In this document: piece after piece, positions 1 to 9,587 of the stretch
How the letters are laid out: every line of letters begins with the position of its first letter
Numbering within the stretch: the first letter of the stretch is position 1
Translations under genes and position numbers: made by a program
The notes under the pieces: model-generated
Told to the model about the DNA's origin: nothing
Database searches by the model: none
What the model saw: only the letters and a program-made list of their open reading frames with translations
NCBI GenBank assembly: GCA_965203565.1
Contig: OZ241896.1
Span: 41,707 to 105,706 of the forward strand
Source: Vicinamibacterales bacterium
GTDB taxonomy: Bacteria; Acidobacteriota; Vicinamibacteria; Vicinamibacterales; UBA8438
Length of the DNA: 64,000 bases
Direction: 5' to 3'

Positions 1-96
1 TTTCTCGCGCGTCTGACGGGAGAAACCATATCGCCGGCATGCGCGGGCGTCAACGCGCATTCGTCCGCGCGGGCGGCGCCGCGGTAAACTCACGCC

Positions 97-1182
97 ATGG
101 CACTCACGCACTATCTCACGCTCGGCGATTCGGGCCTGCGCGTCAGCCCGTTCTGCCTCGGCGCCATGACGTTCGGCGAAGACTGGGGGTGGGGCTCCTC
201 CGTGGCCGATTCGGAGGCGATCCTGGCGCGGTACTTCGACCTCGGCGGCAACTTCGTCGACACGGCGAACGCGTACACCAAGGGGCACTCCGAAGCGATC
301 ATCGGCGACTACCTGCGCAAGGGCGGCCCCGGGCGCGACCGGGCGGTGATTGCGACGAAGTTCTTCGCGAACCTCTTTCCGGGCGATCCGAACGGGGGCG
401 GCGCCGGCCGGAAGTCGCTGACGGCGGCTTGCGACGAGTCGCTGCGGCGGCTCCGGACCGACTACATCGACCTGTACTGGATGCATCTGTGGGATCGGTT
501 CACGCCGATCGACGAGACGATGCGCGCGCTCGACGACCTCGTCCGCGCCGGCAAGGTCCGCTACGTCGGGTTCTCCGACACCCCGGCCTGGAAGACGACG
601 CAGGCGCAGGTGACGGCGCGCTTCCGGGGATGGACGCCGCTGGCGGCGATCCAGATCGAGTACTCGCTGATCGAGCGCACGGTCGAGGGGGAGCTGATGC
701 CGATGGCGCAGGAGCTCGGGCTGGGCGTCGCGCCCTGGTCGCCGCTGCGCGGCGGCGTCCTGACCGGCAAGTACACCCGCGAGAACGCGAAGACCGCCAG
801 TCCCGGGCGCGGGCAGCGGGTGACGGAGCACCTGAACGAACGGACGTTCGTCATCGTCGACGAGCTGGTCCGGATCGGCCGGGAGCTCGACGCGGCGCCG
901 GCGGCGGTGGCGCTCGCCTGGGTGCAGGCGCAGCCGGGCGTGACGTCGACCATCATCGGCGCCCGCACCCTGGAGCAGCTCGATCAGAACCTCGCCGGCC
1001 TCGACGTCACGCTCGCGCCGGACCACCTGCGGGCGCTCGACGAGGTGTCCCGGCCGGCGCTCGGTTTCCCGATGGCGTTCCTGCACGCGGCCCCGATGAT
1101 CATGCACTCGGGGGCGACCGTCGACGGCGCGCCGTCGGAGGTCTGGCCGCTGGCGCCGGCGAGCGACGGCGAGCGGTACTGA
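97..1182 (+). CDS. aldo/keto reductase family oxidoreductase
   Basis: 361-aa ORF. N-terminal LGDSGLRVSPFCLGAMTFG and internal IDLYWMH and YVGFSDTPAW motifs are typical of the AKR family. The overlapping 634-aa ORF is Arg/Gly-rich shadow. Confidence 0.85.
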   Translation: MALTHYLTLGDSGLRVSPFCLGAMTFGEDWGWGSSVADSEAILARYFDLGGNFVDTANAYTKGHSEAIIGDYLRKGGPGRDRAVIATKFFANLFPGDPNGGGAGRKSLTAACDESLRRLRTDYIDLYWMHLWDRFTPIDETMRALDDLVRAGKVRYVGFSDTPAWKTTQAQVTARFRGWTPLAAIQIEYSLIERTVEGELMPMAQELGLGVAPWSPLRGGVLTGKYTRENAKTASPGRGQRVTEHLNERTFVIVDELVRIGRELDAAPAAVALAWVQAQPGVTSTIIGARTLEQLDQNLAGLDVTLAPDHLRALDEVSRPALGFPMAFLHAAPMIMHSGATVDGAPSEVWPLAPASDGERY

Positions 1183-1194
1183 CGGAGGAGACCG

Positions 1195-2193
1195 ATGACA
1201 GCAGCCTGGATTCGCCGCGTCGCCGCCGGCGTCGCTGGCGCCGGAGTCGTCGCCGCCGCCGCGTGCGGCGCGGGCTCGTTCATGCAGCCGGAGGACCGGC
1301 AACCGGTCTCGGTCGAGCAGTTCGAGACGTGGATGGAGGAGCTGTCGAACTGGGGGCGGTGGGGCGACGACGACGAGCTGGGCGCCGCCAACCTGATGAC
1401 CGACGCCCGGCGGCGGGAGGCGGCGGCGGCCGTGCGGCACGGGACGACGGTGTCGCTGGCCCACGACTTCATCACCGAGGAGGCGGAGGACGCCCGCGAG
1501 CCGTACGAGCTTCAGATGCGGATCAACCCCGAAGGGCAGAACTCGGGCGACCGGATCGAGGTGTACTTCCACGGCGTCACCTTCTCGCACCTCGACGGGC
1601 TGTGCCACGTCTTCTACGAGGACAGGCTGTACAACGGCCACGACTACCGGGACGTGGTGACCGAGGACGGCTGCTTGCGGATGGACGTCACGGCGCTCAA
1701 GGACGGCCTGGTGACGCGCGGCGTCCTGTTCGACATGCCCCGGCTGAAAGGCGTGCCTTACCTGGAGCCGGGGACGAAGTTGTACCCGGAGGACATCGAG
1801 GCGTGGGAGGAGCAGGCGGGCGTCCGACTCGGCCCCGGCGACGCGCTGCTGCTCCGCACCGGCCGCTGGGCGCGCCGCGCGGCGACGGGGCCCACGCGCG
1901 CGATGTCCGGGTGGGACGCCTCGGTGATGCCGCTGATGGCTGAACGGGACGTCGCGCTGCTCGGCGCCGACTCGGTGCACGAAGCGCCCGACAGCGTGCC
2001 GGGCCTCGGCTTCAACCCGATCCACCGGTTCGCCATCGTCGCGCGCGGGATGAACCTGCTCGACAACCTCGACCTCGAAGCGGCGGCCGAGACCGCCGCC
2101 CGGTTGAACCAGTGGGATTTCATGCTGGTGATCGCGCCGCTGCGGGTGCCGGGGGGCACCGGCTCGCCGGTCAATCCGCTCGCCATCTTCTGA
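1195..2193 (+). CDS. cyclase-family (kynurenine formamidase-like) secreted protein
   Basis: 332-aa ORF starting 12 nt after the AKR stop. N-terminus is signal/lipobox-like (VVAAAACGAGS). HGVTFSHLDGLCH resembles the HxGTHxDxPxH motif of the cyclase family. Confidence 0.6.
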   Translation: MTAAWIRRVAAGVAGAGVVAAAACGAGSFMQPEDRQPVSVEQFETWMEELSNWGRWGDDDELGAANLMTDARRREAAAAVRHGTTVSLAHDFITEEAEDAREPYELQMRINPEGQNSGDRIEVYFHGVTFSHLDGLCHVFYEDRLYNGHDYRDVVTEDGCLRMDVTALKDGLVTRGVLFDMPRLKGVPYLEPGTKLYPEDIEAWEEQAGVRLGPGDALLLRTGRWARRAATGPTRAMSGWDASVMPLMAERDVALLGADSVHEAPDSVPGLGFNPIHRFAIVARGMNLLDNLDLEAAAETAARLNQWDFMLVIAPLRVPGGTGSPVNPLAIF

Positions 2194-2210
2194 CCGCCGA
2201 CCGCCCGGCG

Positions 2211-2684
2211 TCAGCGGCCGGCCGCGCAGGCGCCGTAGTACTGCTCCGGCCGCGACGTGAACCCGACGAGCGACACGTCGGTGTACTCGTGCCGGGTGTG
2301 GACCGCCATCAGCTTCCCGTCGGCGGTCTCGCGGCCGAAGACGGTGGTGGCGTACAGCGGGCCGGCGTTGAACGTCTGCAGGAAGTGCAGATAGTCGCCG
2401 GTCAGCCGGCTGACGACGTGCGACGGCCCGAACGGGCCGATCACGTCCGCCGTCGCTTCGTGCGCGTCGATCGACTCGAACCGCAGCGACAGCGTCGACG
2501 CCTCCAGCGCCGCCTCGGGCGCATCGGCGGTCCAGGTTCCGGCCGCCTTCAGCGTGAAGGCGCAGTCGAGGCTGCGGACGGCGGCCAACGCGATCTCCTG
2601 CGCGCCGCCGGGCCGGGCCGCCGGGCCGGCCGCGAGCGACCAGCCGAGCGCCGCAACCGCCGCCATCCGTCGGGTCGTCTCCAT
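2211..2684 (-). CDS. hypothetical secreted protein
   Basis: ORF 2211..2738. The internal ATG at 2682-2684 (METTRRMAAVAALGWSLAAG) gives a signal-peptide-like N-terminus. No family recognised. Confidence 0.45.
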   Translation of the reverse strand: METTRRMAAVAALGWSLAAGPAARPGGAQEIALAAVRSLDCAFTLKAAGTWTADAPEAALEASTLSLRFESIDAHEATADVIGPFGPSHVVSRLTGDYLHFLQTFNAGPLYATTVFGRETADGKLMAVHTRHEYTDVSLVGFTSRPEQYYGACAAGR

Positions 2685-2770
2685 TCCCGGTATTCTACCG
2701 GCGCGGTCTGACGGCCCGGGCAGGACTGTTGACCGCATGAACGGCGCGCCGCATAATCGGCGTTCCGGCC

Positions 2771-3316
2771 ATGAAGGTTCCCACTGCCCGCGGCAAGATT
2801 TCCGCTGCAGGCGCCCTCGCGCTGGCCGCGGCCGCAGGAATGGCGGCGGCGCAGGCGCCCGGCGCCGATCGGTTGCCGGATCAGCTCGCCCGCCTGTTCC
2901 CGTCCGCGACGGCGTTCTCGCCGAAGGAAGGCGACCCGCCGCACTTCAAGGCGTACGCGGAGAAGGACGGAGGACGGCGGGCGCTGCTCGGCTACGCCTT
3001 CTGGACCACCGAGCTCGAACCGCTCGAGCGCGGGTACGACGGGCCGATCAAGATCCTGACGGGGATCGATACGGACGGCGTGCTGACCGGCGTCGTCGTC
3101 GTCGACCATCACGAACCGTACGGGTACTTCTCCATCGACCTACCGCAGTACGCGGCGCAGTTCGTGCGGAAGAGCATCCGCGATCCGTTCCGGGTCGGCG
3201 GCGACGTCGACGCCGTCTCGACCGCCACGTTGACGGTGACGAGCGCGACGCGGGCGGTGCGGAACGGTTCGCGCCGGATAGCCCGGCGGTTCATCACGCC
3301 GCCGGAGTCGCGGTGA
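2771..3316 (+). CDS. periplasmic FMN-binding domain protein (NosR/RnfG/NqrC-like)
   Basis: 181-aa ORF with a signal peptide (ALALAAAAGMAAAQA). The C-terminal GGDVDAVSTATLTVTS resembles the flavinylation region of FMN_bind domains. Confidence 0.65.
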   Translation: MKVPTARGKISAAGALALAAAAGMAAAQAPGADRLPDQLARLFPSATAFSPKEGDPPHFKAYAEKDGGRRALLGYAFWTTELEPLERGYDGPIKILTGIDTDGVLTGVVVVDHHEPYGYFSIDLPQYAAQFVRKSIRDPFRVGGDVDAVSTATLTVTSATRAVRNGSRRIARRFITPPESR

Positions 3317-4344
3317 TGCGGCGCGTCGGGCGGGCGTTCGCGCTGCCGGCCGCGTTCGTCGCCGCCGCCGCCTGCGCCGCAGACGGCGCCCACGCCGGCC
3401 TTGCCGCCCAGTCCGCCCAGCCCGAATCAACCGCTCGACCCGAGCCTGGCATCCAACCCGAACCGGCCGCCGACCTGTGGCGGTTCGACGACGAGGTCGA
3501 AGAGGCCGAAACCTGGGCGGCGCTCCTGCGGGATCAGGCCGCGGACCTCACGCTGTTCGCCGGCTTCGCGGCCCTGACGCTGATCGGCTTCTTCCGCAAG
3601 AGCGTCGCGCTGAAGTACGTCACGCTCGCGGCGGCGGTCGCCTGGCTCGGATTCGCCAAGAGCCAGCTGATTTCGGTGGTCAACCTCCATGGAGTGATGA
3701 CCGGCAACCTGCCGGTCTTCCGGTACAACCTTGCCTGGTATCTGTTCGCCGGCTTCACCGTCGTGACGACGGTGCTGTGGGGCCGGCTGTACTGCGGCCG
3801 GGTCTGCGCGTTCGGCGCGCTGACGCAACTGATGGACCGGGTCGTGCCGGCGCGGCTGCGCGTGGAGGTCCCCCCGCGGCTGGAGCGGCGCGCGGCGCTG
3901 GTGAAGTACGGCCTGCTCGCCGCGGTCCTCCTGTACTTCCTCGCGACGTCGGACGTCGGCGCCTACCGGTACGTCGAGCCGTTCTGGATGTTCACGCGCA
4001 GGGCGTCGGCCGGGATGTGGGCGGGGCTGGCCGTGCTGCTCGTCGCCACCGTCTTCGTCCGGAACCTGTACTGCCGCTTCCTCTGCCCGGTCGGCGCCGC
4101 GCTGGGACTGCTGTCGAAGCTGACGGTGTTCCGTATCCGGCGCTGGCCGGAGTGCGGCGCCTGCCGGATCTGCGAGAAGACGTGCGAATGGGGCGCTATT
4201 CGCGGGCCGCGCATCGTCGAGACCGAATGCGTGCGGTGCGACGACTGCGAGCGGCTCTACGCGGACCGGGCCAAGTGCCCGCACTGGCTGATCCTCGCCC
4301 GGCGGGCGCGCGCGTCCCGCGCCGCATCGCAGCAGCCCGCGTAG
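3316..4344 (+). CDS. polytopic 4Fe-4S-binding membrane protein (NapH/MauN/NosR C-terminal-like)
   Basis: The ATG at 3316 overlaps the upstream stop (TGATG). It has several TM helices, membrane Cys motifs LYCGRVCAFG and LYCRFLCPVG, and C-terminal ferredoxin-type CGACRICEKTC and CVRCDDCERLY. Confidence 0.7.
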   Translation: MRRVGRAFALPAAFVAAAACAADGAHAGLAAQSAQPESTARPEPGIQPEPAADLWRFDDEVEEAETWAALLRDQAADLTLFAGFAALTLIGFFRKSVALKYVTLAAAVAWLGFAKSQLISVVNLHGVMTGNLPVFRYNLAWYLFAGFTVVTTVLWGRLYCGRVCAFGALTQLMDRVVPARLRVEVPPRLERRAALVKYGLLAAVLLYFLATSDVGAYRYVEPFWMFTRRASAGMWAGLAVLLVATVFVRNLYCRFLCPVGAALGLLSKLTVFRIRRWPECGACRICEKTCEWGAIRGPRIVETECVRCDDCERLYADRAKCPHWLILARRARASRAASQQPA

Positions 4345-4346
4345 CG

Positions 4347-5480
4347 CTACTGCGACATCCCCGCGAACAGGAACCGCTGCATCCGTTCGTTGCGCTGGGC
4401 CTCCGCGGTGTACAGGTTCCCCCGGCTGTCCACCGCGATGTGGTGCAGCGCGTCGAAGTCGCCCGGCGCGGTCCCGAGCTCGCCCCACGTGTCGAGCACT
4501 TCGAGCGTCCGCCGGTCGAGGACGTGGACGTGCAGGTTCGCCTGGTCGGCGACGTACAGGTACTGCTGCTCCGGGTCGGGAGAGAACGCCAGCCCCGCCG
4601 CGGTCAGCGACCGCCCTTCGAACTGGTTGACGAAGACCTGACGCTGGTAGTCGCCCTCGAGGTCGAAGATCTGGATCCGGCTGTTGTTCCGGTCGGCCAC
4701 GTAGACCAGCCCGTCGTTCGACACTTCGATGCCGTGCACCGTGCCGAACCAGGGCGGCCCGTCCGGCGCGTCCGGCTCGGCCTCCGGCTCCGTGTCGCTC
4801 GGCTCCTTGCCGAAGGCGGCCCACATCCGCTTGAACTCTCCGGTGTCGGCGTCGAACACGATGACGCGCCGGTTGCCGTAGCCGTCCGCCACGAACACCT
4901 CGTTCGTCGGCTCGTAGACGAACATCTCGGCCGACCTCCGCACGCTCTCGGTGTCGAGGTTCCCGCCGTTCACGTCACGCCCGCCGATCTGGAGCAGGAA
5001 CTCGCCGGTGTTCGTGAACTTCAGCAGCATGTCGTCCCGCACCTCGGAGGGCGGGGTGCGGCCGGTCGGGTTGTTCCCCCCGATCCAGACGTGGCCGTTG
5101 TGGTCGACGAACAGGCCGTGCTCGTTCCACGGCCAGTCGAACCCCTCGCCCGGACCGCCCCAGGCGTTGACGAACGCGCCCGCGGCGTCGAACTCGATCA
5201 CCGGCGGCGCCGCGTTGTCCCGCTCCGCCTCCGGCGCGGTGAGCGGCCGGTGCAGCACCCAGACGTGGTCGCGCCGGTCGACCGACACGGACGACACCTC
5301 CCCGGTGATCCAGCCGTTCGGAAGCTGGGGCCAGTCCGGGTCGAGCTCGAACGTCGGGAAGCTCGCACCGGCGGCCTCCGGCGCCGCCTCGGGCGCGGCC
5401 TCCTCCGCGGGCGGCGCGCCGCCGCAGGCCGCCATCGAGAGCGCAAGCGCAGACGCGCCGATCGTCACCGTCCAGTGCAT
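4347..5480 (-). CDS. NHL-repeat beta-propeller lipoprotein
   Basis: The ATG at 5478-5480 gives lipobox ALALSMAAC. It carries repeated NHL-like blades (VYVADRNNSRIQIFD, LYVADQANLHVHVLD, LYTAEAQRNERMQRF). The upstream part of the 474-aa ORF looks non-coding. Confidence 0.65.
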   Translation of the reverse strand: MHWTVTIGASALALSMAACGGAPPAEEAAPEAAPEAAGASFPTFELDPDWPQLPNGWITGEVSSVSVDRRDHVWVLHRPLTAPEAERDNAAPPVIEFDAAGAFVNAWGGPGEGFDWPWNEHGLFVDHNGHVWIGGNNPTGRTPPSEVRDDMLLKFTNTGEFLLQIGGRDVNGGNLDTESVRRSAEMFVYEPTNEVFVADGYGNRRVIVFDADTGEFKRMWAAFGKEPSDTEPEAEPDAPDGPPWFGTVHGIEVSNDGLVYVADRNNSRIQIFDLEGDYQRQVFVNQFEGRSLTAAGLAFSPDPEQQYLYVADQANLHVHVLDRRTLEVLDTWGELGTAPGDFDALHHIAVDSRGNLYTAEAQRNERMQRFLFAGMSQ

Positions 5481-5610
5481 GTCCGTTCCTCCTTGCACCG
5501 CGCAGCATACCACCTGCGCGCCGCAAGCCGCCCGGCAGGGTTGACGCATGCCGCCGCCGCACAAGCGGTAAAGGCGCAATGGACGCGGTTCGACAATGTA
5601 AGATGCCGCC

Positions 5611-8367
5611 GTGACCTTCAAGCGGCGCATCGACCCGCATTGGCATCGGGAGGTCCCCGGGGCGCGGTGGTTCAAGGCGGACCTGCACGTCCACACGATG
5701 GATGACATCCCGGGCGGCAGAGTCGGAATGCCGCCGGGAATTGACGGGCCGCCCGCTTCGGAAGAAGTCATTTCAGCCTACGCGCGGAGCTTCCTGCAGG
5801 GCGCGGTCGAGCGGCAGGTGCAGGTGATCGGCGTTACGCCGCATTCGCCCCGCGTGGCCGACAGCGCCGAGTCGAGCGCGGTCTGGCGAATCGTCGAAGA
5901 ATGGAGCCGCGGCGCGGACGACGACGGGAAGCCGTTCCGCGAGAAGATATACGCGGTTTTTCCCGGTTTCGAGCCGTGTCTGAAGAACGGCAGGAGCGGG
6001 CTCCACCTGCTGTTTCTTTTCGATCCGGAAATAGGACGGGACCTTTATCTCAAGGCGTTCGACCTCGTCATGGGAGGCGCGGCGCCGTGGCGGGAGAACC
6101 GACTCGCGATGTCCGGAAGGGACGCCGAGCAGGTTTTCGGCGAGCTCCGAACCCTGCAGGGCGGCCAGTCCGCCAGGAACCCGCACGACTCGACGCGGTG
6201 GAGCTATCTGACGCTGGCGCCGCATATCGAAAGCGACAAGGGGCTTCTGGGAGCGCAAAAGGCGCAAGTGCTGGAGCGATTTCAGCACGGGGAAATCGCC
6301 GGTCTCGAACTCGGCGACGACAAGACGCCTCAAGACGCGTTGAAGGCGCGGCCGTGGCTGCTGGAGGGCATGCGCAAGCACCGCCAGGCGTTCTTTCACG
6401 GCAGCGACGCCTGTTCGCCGGGCGACATCGGCAGGCGCCATACGTGGCTGAAGCTCGCGAGCCCCCGGATAGAAGCGCTGCGTCAGGCATTCATCGCCAG
6501 CGATTCGCGGATGCGCATCGGCTACGAGCGGAACGCCGCCGGAGGACTCGCCGAAATTGCGGCTCCCGACGTCACGGTGAACGAACGGCCGTGGTTGAAG
6601 TCCGTTGCAGTCAAGGGGCGCGCGTCGTTCTTCGGCGGCGCAGACGCCGGCAGCCGTTTCGAACTGAGCCCGGACCTCACCTGCATCATCGGCGGCAGCA
6701 TGACGGGCAAGAGCACGTTCCTGGACGGCTTGCGCGTGCACGCCGGCGCTCCGTTGCCCCAGGACGCCGGAATCAGGAAGCAGGTTGAAGCGCGCGGGCG
6801 GGATCGATTTCTCGGCGGTTCGCCGACGATCACGCTGGAGTGTCCCGGCCGCGATCCGACCGCGCCGACAGGGAAGCGATGGCCGGCCGTATTTCACGCC
6901 CAGAACGAGTTGCAGCGCCTCGCGCAGGAGCCCGAGGCCGTCGAGGAAGTGCTGGCCCGGCTGGTGGCGTCGGAGACGTCGGGCATCGAAGCGCGCGACC
7001 GGCGGTTGGGCGCTCTGGACCGGGAGCTTGGAGACGCGGTCAGGAGATTGGCGAAGCTCGACGAGGACGTGGCCGACGCCGAGCAAGCCTTCGAGCGCAG
7101 CAAGAGCGCCGCCAAGGCGCTGGATACGTTTTCGGACGCCGGCGTCGAAGACGTTCATCGGGCGTCCCGCGACCTGCGCGATTGGGAGAATGCGGCGCAG
7201 GCCGCCGAAGATCTGATGGCGAGCTTGCAGCGCGCACTGCAGACCGCCCAGGCGCTCGACGTCCCGGAGATCGGCCCTGACGTGGCGCGTGCGCTGCAAA
7301 CCGCGCTCGTGGAGGAATCGCAAGATGCGTTCGCCGCGCGCTGGAAGCGGCTCCGCGCGCACGTGAGCGCCGCCGCGGAAGAACTGACGGGCGCCATGGC
7401 GGTCATGAAGTCGGCCGCGGCCGCCCTGGCGGAGCGCGACCGGGCGGTGCGCACCGACGTGGACCGCGAGCTTGCCGCTCGCGGCGTGGACGGCGCGGCG
7501 ATCAGGGAGTTTCAGGTTCTGAGTCGTCAGGCTGCGCTTCTGAAGAGCTACGAGGCCAATCTGACGGAGGTGCGCGGCAAGCTCGCCGCCGCCGAGCGCT
7601 CGTTCGAGAAACAGCTCGACGAGCGGCGGAGCCTCGTCGGCCGGCAGCGAGCCGCCTTCGACCGCATTGCAGATGCGATCCGCACCCAGTTCGGCGGGCG
7701 GATTTCGGCCCGTCGGATCGACGACGGCGACCGGGCGCCTCTCGACAGATTTCTCAGAGGCCTGAACCAGCGCGGCATCACCCGCTGGTGGAACGATCTG
7801 GCGGACCGGAAGCGGCCGTCGGCGCAGGAGCTGCTTGACAAGTTCAACGCGGGCAAGCTGGCGAGCGTCGGGATGAGCGACGCCGTCCGGGCGACGTTTC
7901 GCGGATGTCTTGACCGACTGAAGCAGCGGGAGCTGGCGGCCGTTCGGTGTCGCGACAGATATTTCCTGGAACTCGAAACGGACGCCGGCGGACGCCGGCT
8001 GGACGACCTCTCCGGCGGCCAGCGGGTGAGCGTGCTGCTCTCGCTGCTGCTGGAGACGAACGACGAACGCCCCCTGGTGATCGATCAACCGGAGGACGAG
8101 CTGGACAATCGATTCCTTTTCGACACCGTCCTGCCGGCGCTGAAACGGCTCAAGGGACGCCGCCAGATCATCGTGGCCACGCACGACGCCAACATGGTGG
8201 TCAACGGCGACGCGGATCAGGTCATTCAACTGGAAGCGACTGCGGACCGCGGGCGCGTCGCGCAGGCGGGGGCCATCGAGGAGCCCGCCGTGCGGGATGC
8301 GATCGTTCGCACCGTCGACGGCGGCGACGACGCATTCCGGCTGCGCAGGCTGAAGTACGGATTCTGA
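5611..8367 (+). CDS. PHP-domain phosphoesterase fused to SMC/ABC-like ATPase (PplA-like architecture)
   Basis: 918-aa ORF with a GTG start. The N-terminal PHP motif is FKADLHVHT...IGVTPHS. Walker A IIGGSMTGKSTF sits mid-protein, followed by a long Ala/Glu/Arg-rich coiled-coil-like region. The C-terminus has the ABC signature LSGGQRVSV and Walker B PLVIDQPEDELD, then VATHDANMVVNGDAD. Confidence 0.8.
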   Translation: MTFKRRIDPHWHREVPGARWFKADLHVHTMDDIPGGRVGMPPGIDGPPASEEVISAYARSFLQGAVERQVQVIGVTPHSPRVADSAESSAVWRIVEEWSRGADDDGKPFREKIYAVFPGFEPCLKNGRSGLHLLFLFDPEIGRDLYLKAFDLVMGGAAPWRENRLAMSGRDAEQVFGELRTLQGGQSARNPHDSTRWSYLTLAPHIESDKGLLGAQKAQVLERFQHGEIAGLELGDDKTPQDALKARPWLLEGMRKHRQAFFHGSDACSPGDIGRRHTWLKLASPRIEALRQAFIASDSRMRIGYERNAAGGLAEIAAPDVTVNERPWLKSVAVKGRASFFGGADAGSRFELSPDLTCIIGGSMTGKSTFLDGLRVHAGAPLPQDAGIRKQVEARGRDRFLGGSPTITLECPGRDPTAPTGKRWPAVFHAQNELQRLAQEPEAVEEVLARLVASETSGIEARDRRLGALDRELGDAVRRLAKLDEDVADAEQAFERSKSAAKALDTFSDAGVEDVHRASRDLRDWENAAQAAEDLMASLQRALQTAQALDVPEIGPDVARALQTALVEESQDAFAARWKRLRAHVSAAAEELTGAMAVMKSAAAALAERDRAVRTDVDRELAARGVDGAAIREFQVLSRQAALLKSYEANLTEVRGKLAAAERSFEKQLDERRSLVGRQRAAFDRIADAIRTQFGGRISARRIDDGDRAPLDRFLRGLNQRGITRWWNDLADRKRPSAQELLDKFNAGKLASVGMSDAVRATFRGCLDRLKQRELAAVRCRDRYFLELETDAGGRRLDDLSGGQRVSVLLSLLLETNDERPLVIDQPEDELDNRFLFDTVLPALKRLKGRRQIIVATHDANMVVNGDADQVIQLEATADRGRVAQAGAIEEPAVRDAIVRTVDGGDDAFRLRRLKYGF

Positions 8368-8384
8368 ATTCCTGAAGCTCGAAC

Positions 8385-9587
8385 ATGGAGTGGCTCGACG
8401 TCCTGCGGCGCATCGAAGCGGGCGAAGGACGGCGTACGGAGTTCAAGCGCGCACTCGGCAACCTGTCGGCTGTCGGCAAGGCGATCTGCGCCTTCGCCAA
8501 CGGCGAGGGCGGCGTCGTCGTGCTCGGGGTCTCGGACCGCGGGGACATCGTCGGCGTCAACGAAAACGTCGATGCCGTTCAGGAACGCCTTGCTTCGTTC
8601 CTCCAGACGGGGTGCAGTGCGCCGGTGTCGGCCCGTACGGGACGCCACGAAGACCCGAACGGCTGGGTGCACTGGGTGGAGATTCCACGCCAACGCGGAT
8701 TCGAGCCGATGCGCCATGGCGGCCGCGTCTGGATCCGCCGCGAGCGCAGCAGCGTCGAGCCTTCGCCGACGGAGTTGCAGGAACTCTACAATGCGTTCGG
8801 CTACGTCCTGACCGAGGAACGCGCCATTCAGGACGCCGTTGCGGCGCACATCGACCTCGCCGCCTTTCGCGCCTACCTGCATCGCTTCGGGTTCGATACG
8901 GAGCAGGAGCCGCAACCTGACAGCGAGGACGACCTTCGCAACCGGAGCGTGCTGGCGGACCTCGGCGGCGCGTTGCGGGCGACGCTCTACGGCGCGATGG
9001 CGTTCGGCAAAGACCCGCAGCGCTATCCGCAGACCCGGAATTTCCGCATCGAGTGCGTCGCATACGCCGGCGGCGACCGGGCGTCGGACGTGCTGCAGGT
9101 CGCCGACGCCGCCGGCCGGCTGAATGAACAGGTCGAACGGGCCAGCGGCTGGTTCCTGGGCTTGGGCCGTCTGGAGTCGTACGGGCATCTGATTCGCGAC
9201 GACCGCTACCTGCTGCCGCGCGCCGCGGTGCGCGAGGCGCTGGTCAATGCCGTGACGCATCGCGACTACGCCCTCACCGGGTCGAAAGTGTTCCTGGAGG
9301 CGTTCGCCGATCGCGTGGACGTGACGAGTCCCGGCGCCCTGCCGAATCAGATGACCGTCGAACGGGTTCGCGCAGGCGCCAATCCGCGGGCGAGAAACGA
9401 CTCCATGGGGCACTTCATGGCGGCGATGGGACTCATGGAGCAGCGCGGCCGAGGCTGGTTGATCATGCGCCGGGAAATGCGCGCGTTCAACGGCACGGAG
9501 CCGGAGCTCGTCCACGCCGAACAGGACCGGTTCGTCAAGGTGACGTTTCGTCTCGATGACCATGCGCCGGCCGCGCCCGCTCAGTAG
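8385..9587 (+). CDS. AlbA_2 (Schlafen-like) domain plus HATPase_c_4-like ATP-binding protein
   Basis: 400-aa ORF starting 18 nt after the PHP-ATPase stop. The N-terminal TEFKRALGNLSAVGKAICAFANGEGGVVVLGVSDRGDIVGV is the AlbA_2/Schlafen core. The C-terminal NAVTHRDYALTGSKVFLEAFADRVDVTSPGALP...RNDSM...EQRGRG matches the RecG-C-like HATPase_c_4 module. Confidence 0.75.
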   Translation: MEWLDVLRRIEAGEGRRTEFKRALGNLSAVGKAICAFANGEGGVVVLGVSDRGDIVGVNENVDAVQERLASFLQTGCSAPVSARTGRHEDPNGWVHWVEIPRQRGFEPMRHGGRVWIRRERSSVEPSPTELQELYNAFGYVLTEERAIQDAVAAHIDLAAFRAYLHRFGFDTEQEPQPDSEDDLRNRSVLADLGGALRATLYGAMAFGKDPQRYPQTRNFRIECVAYAGGDRASDVLQVADAAGRLNEQVERASGWFLGLGRLESYGHLIRDDRYLLPRAAVREALVNAVTHRDYALTGSKVFLEAFADRVDVTSPGALPNQMTVERVRAGANPRARNDSMGHFMAAMGLMEQRGRGWLIMRREMRAFNGTEPELVHAEQDRFVKVTFRLDDHAPAAPAQ

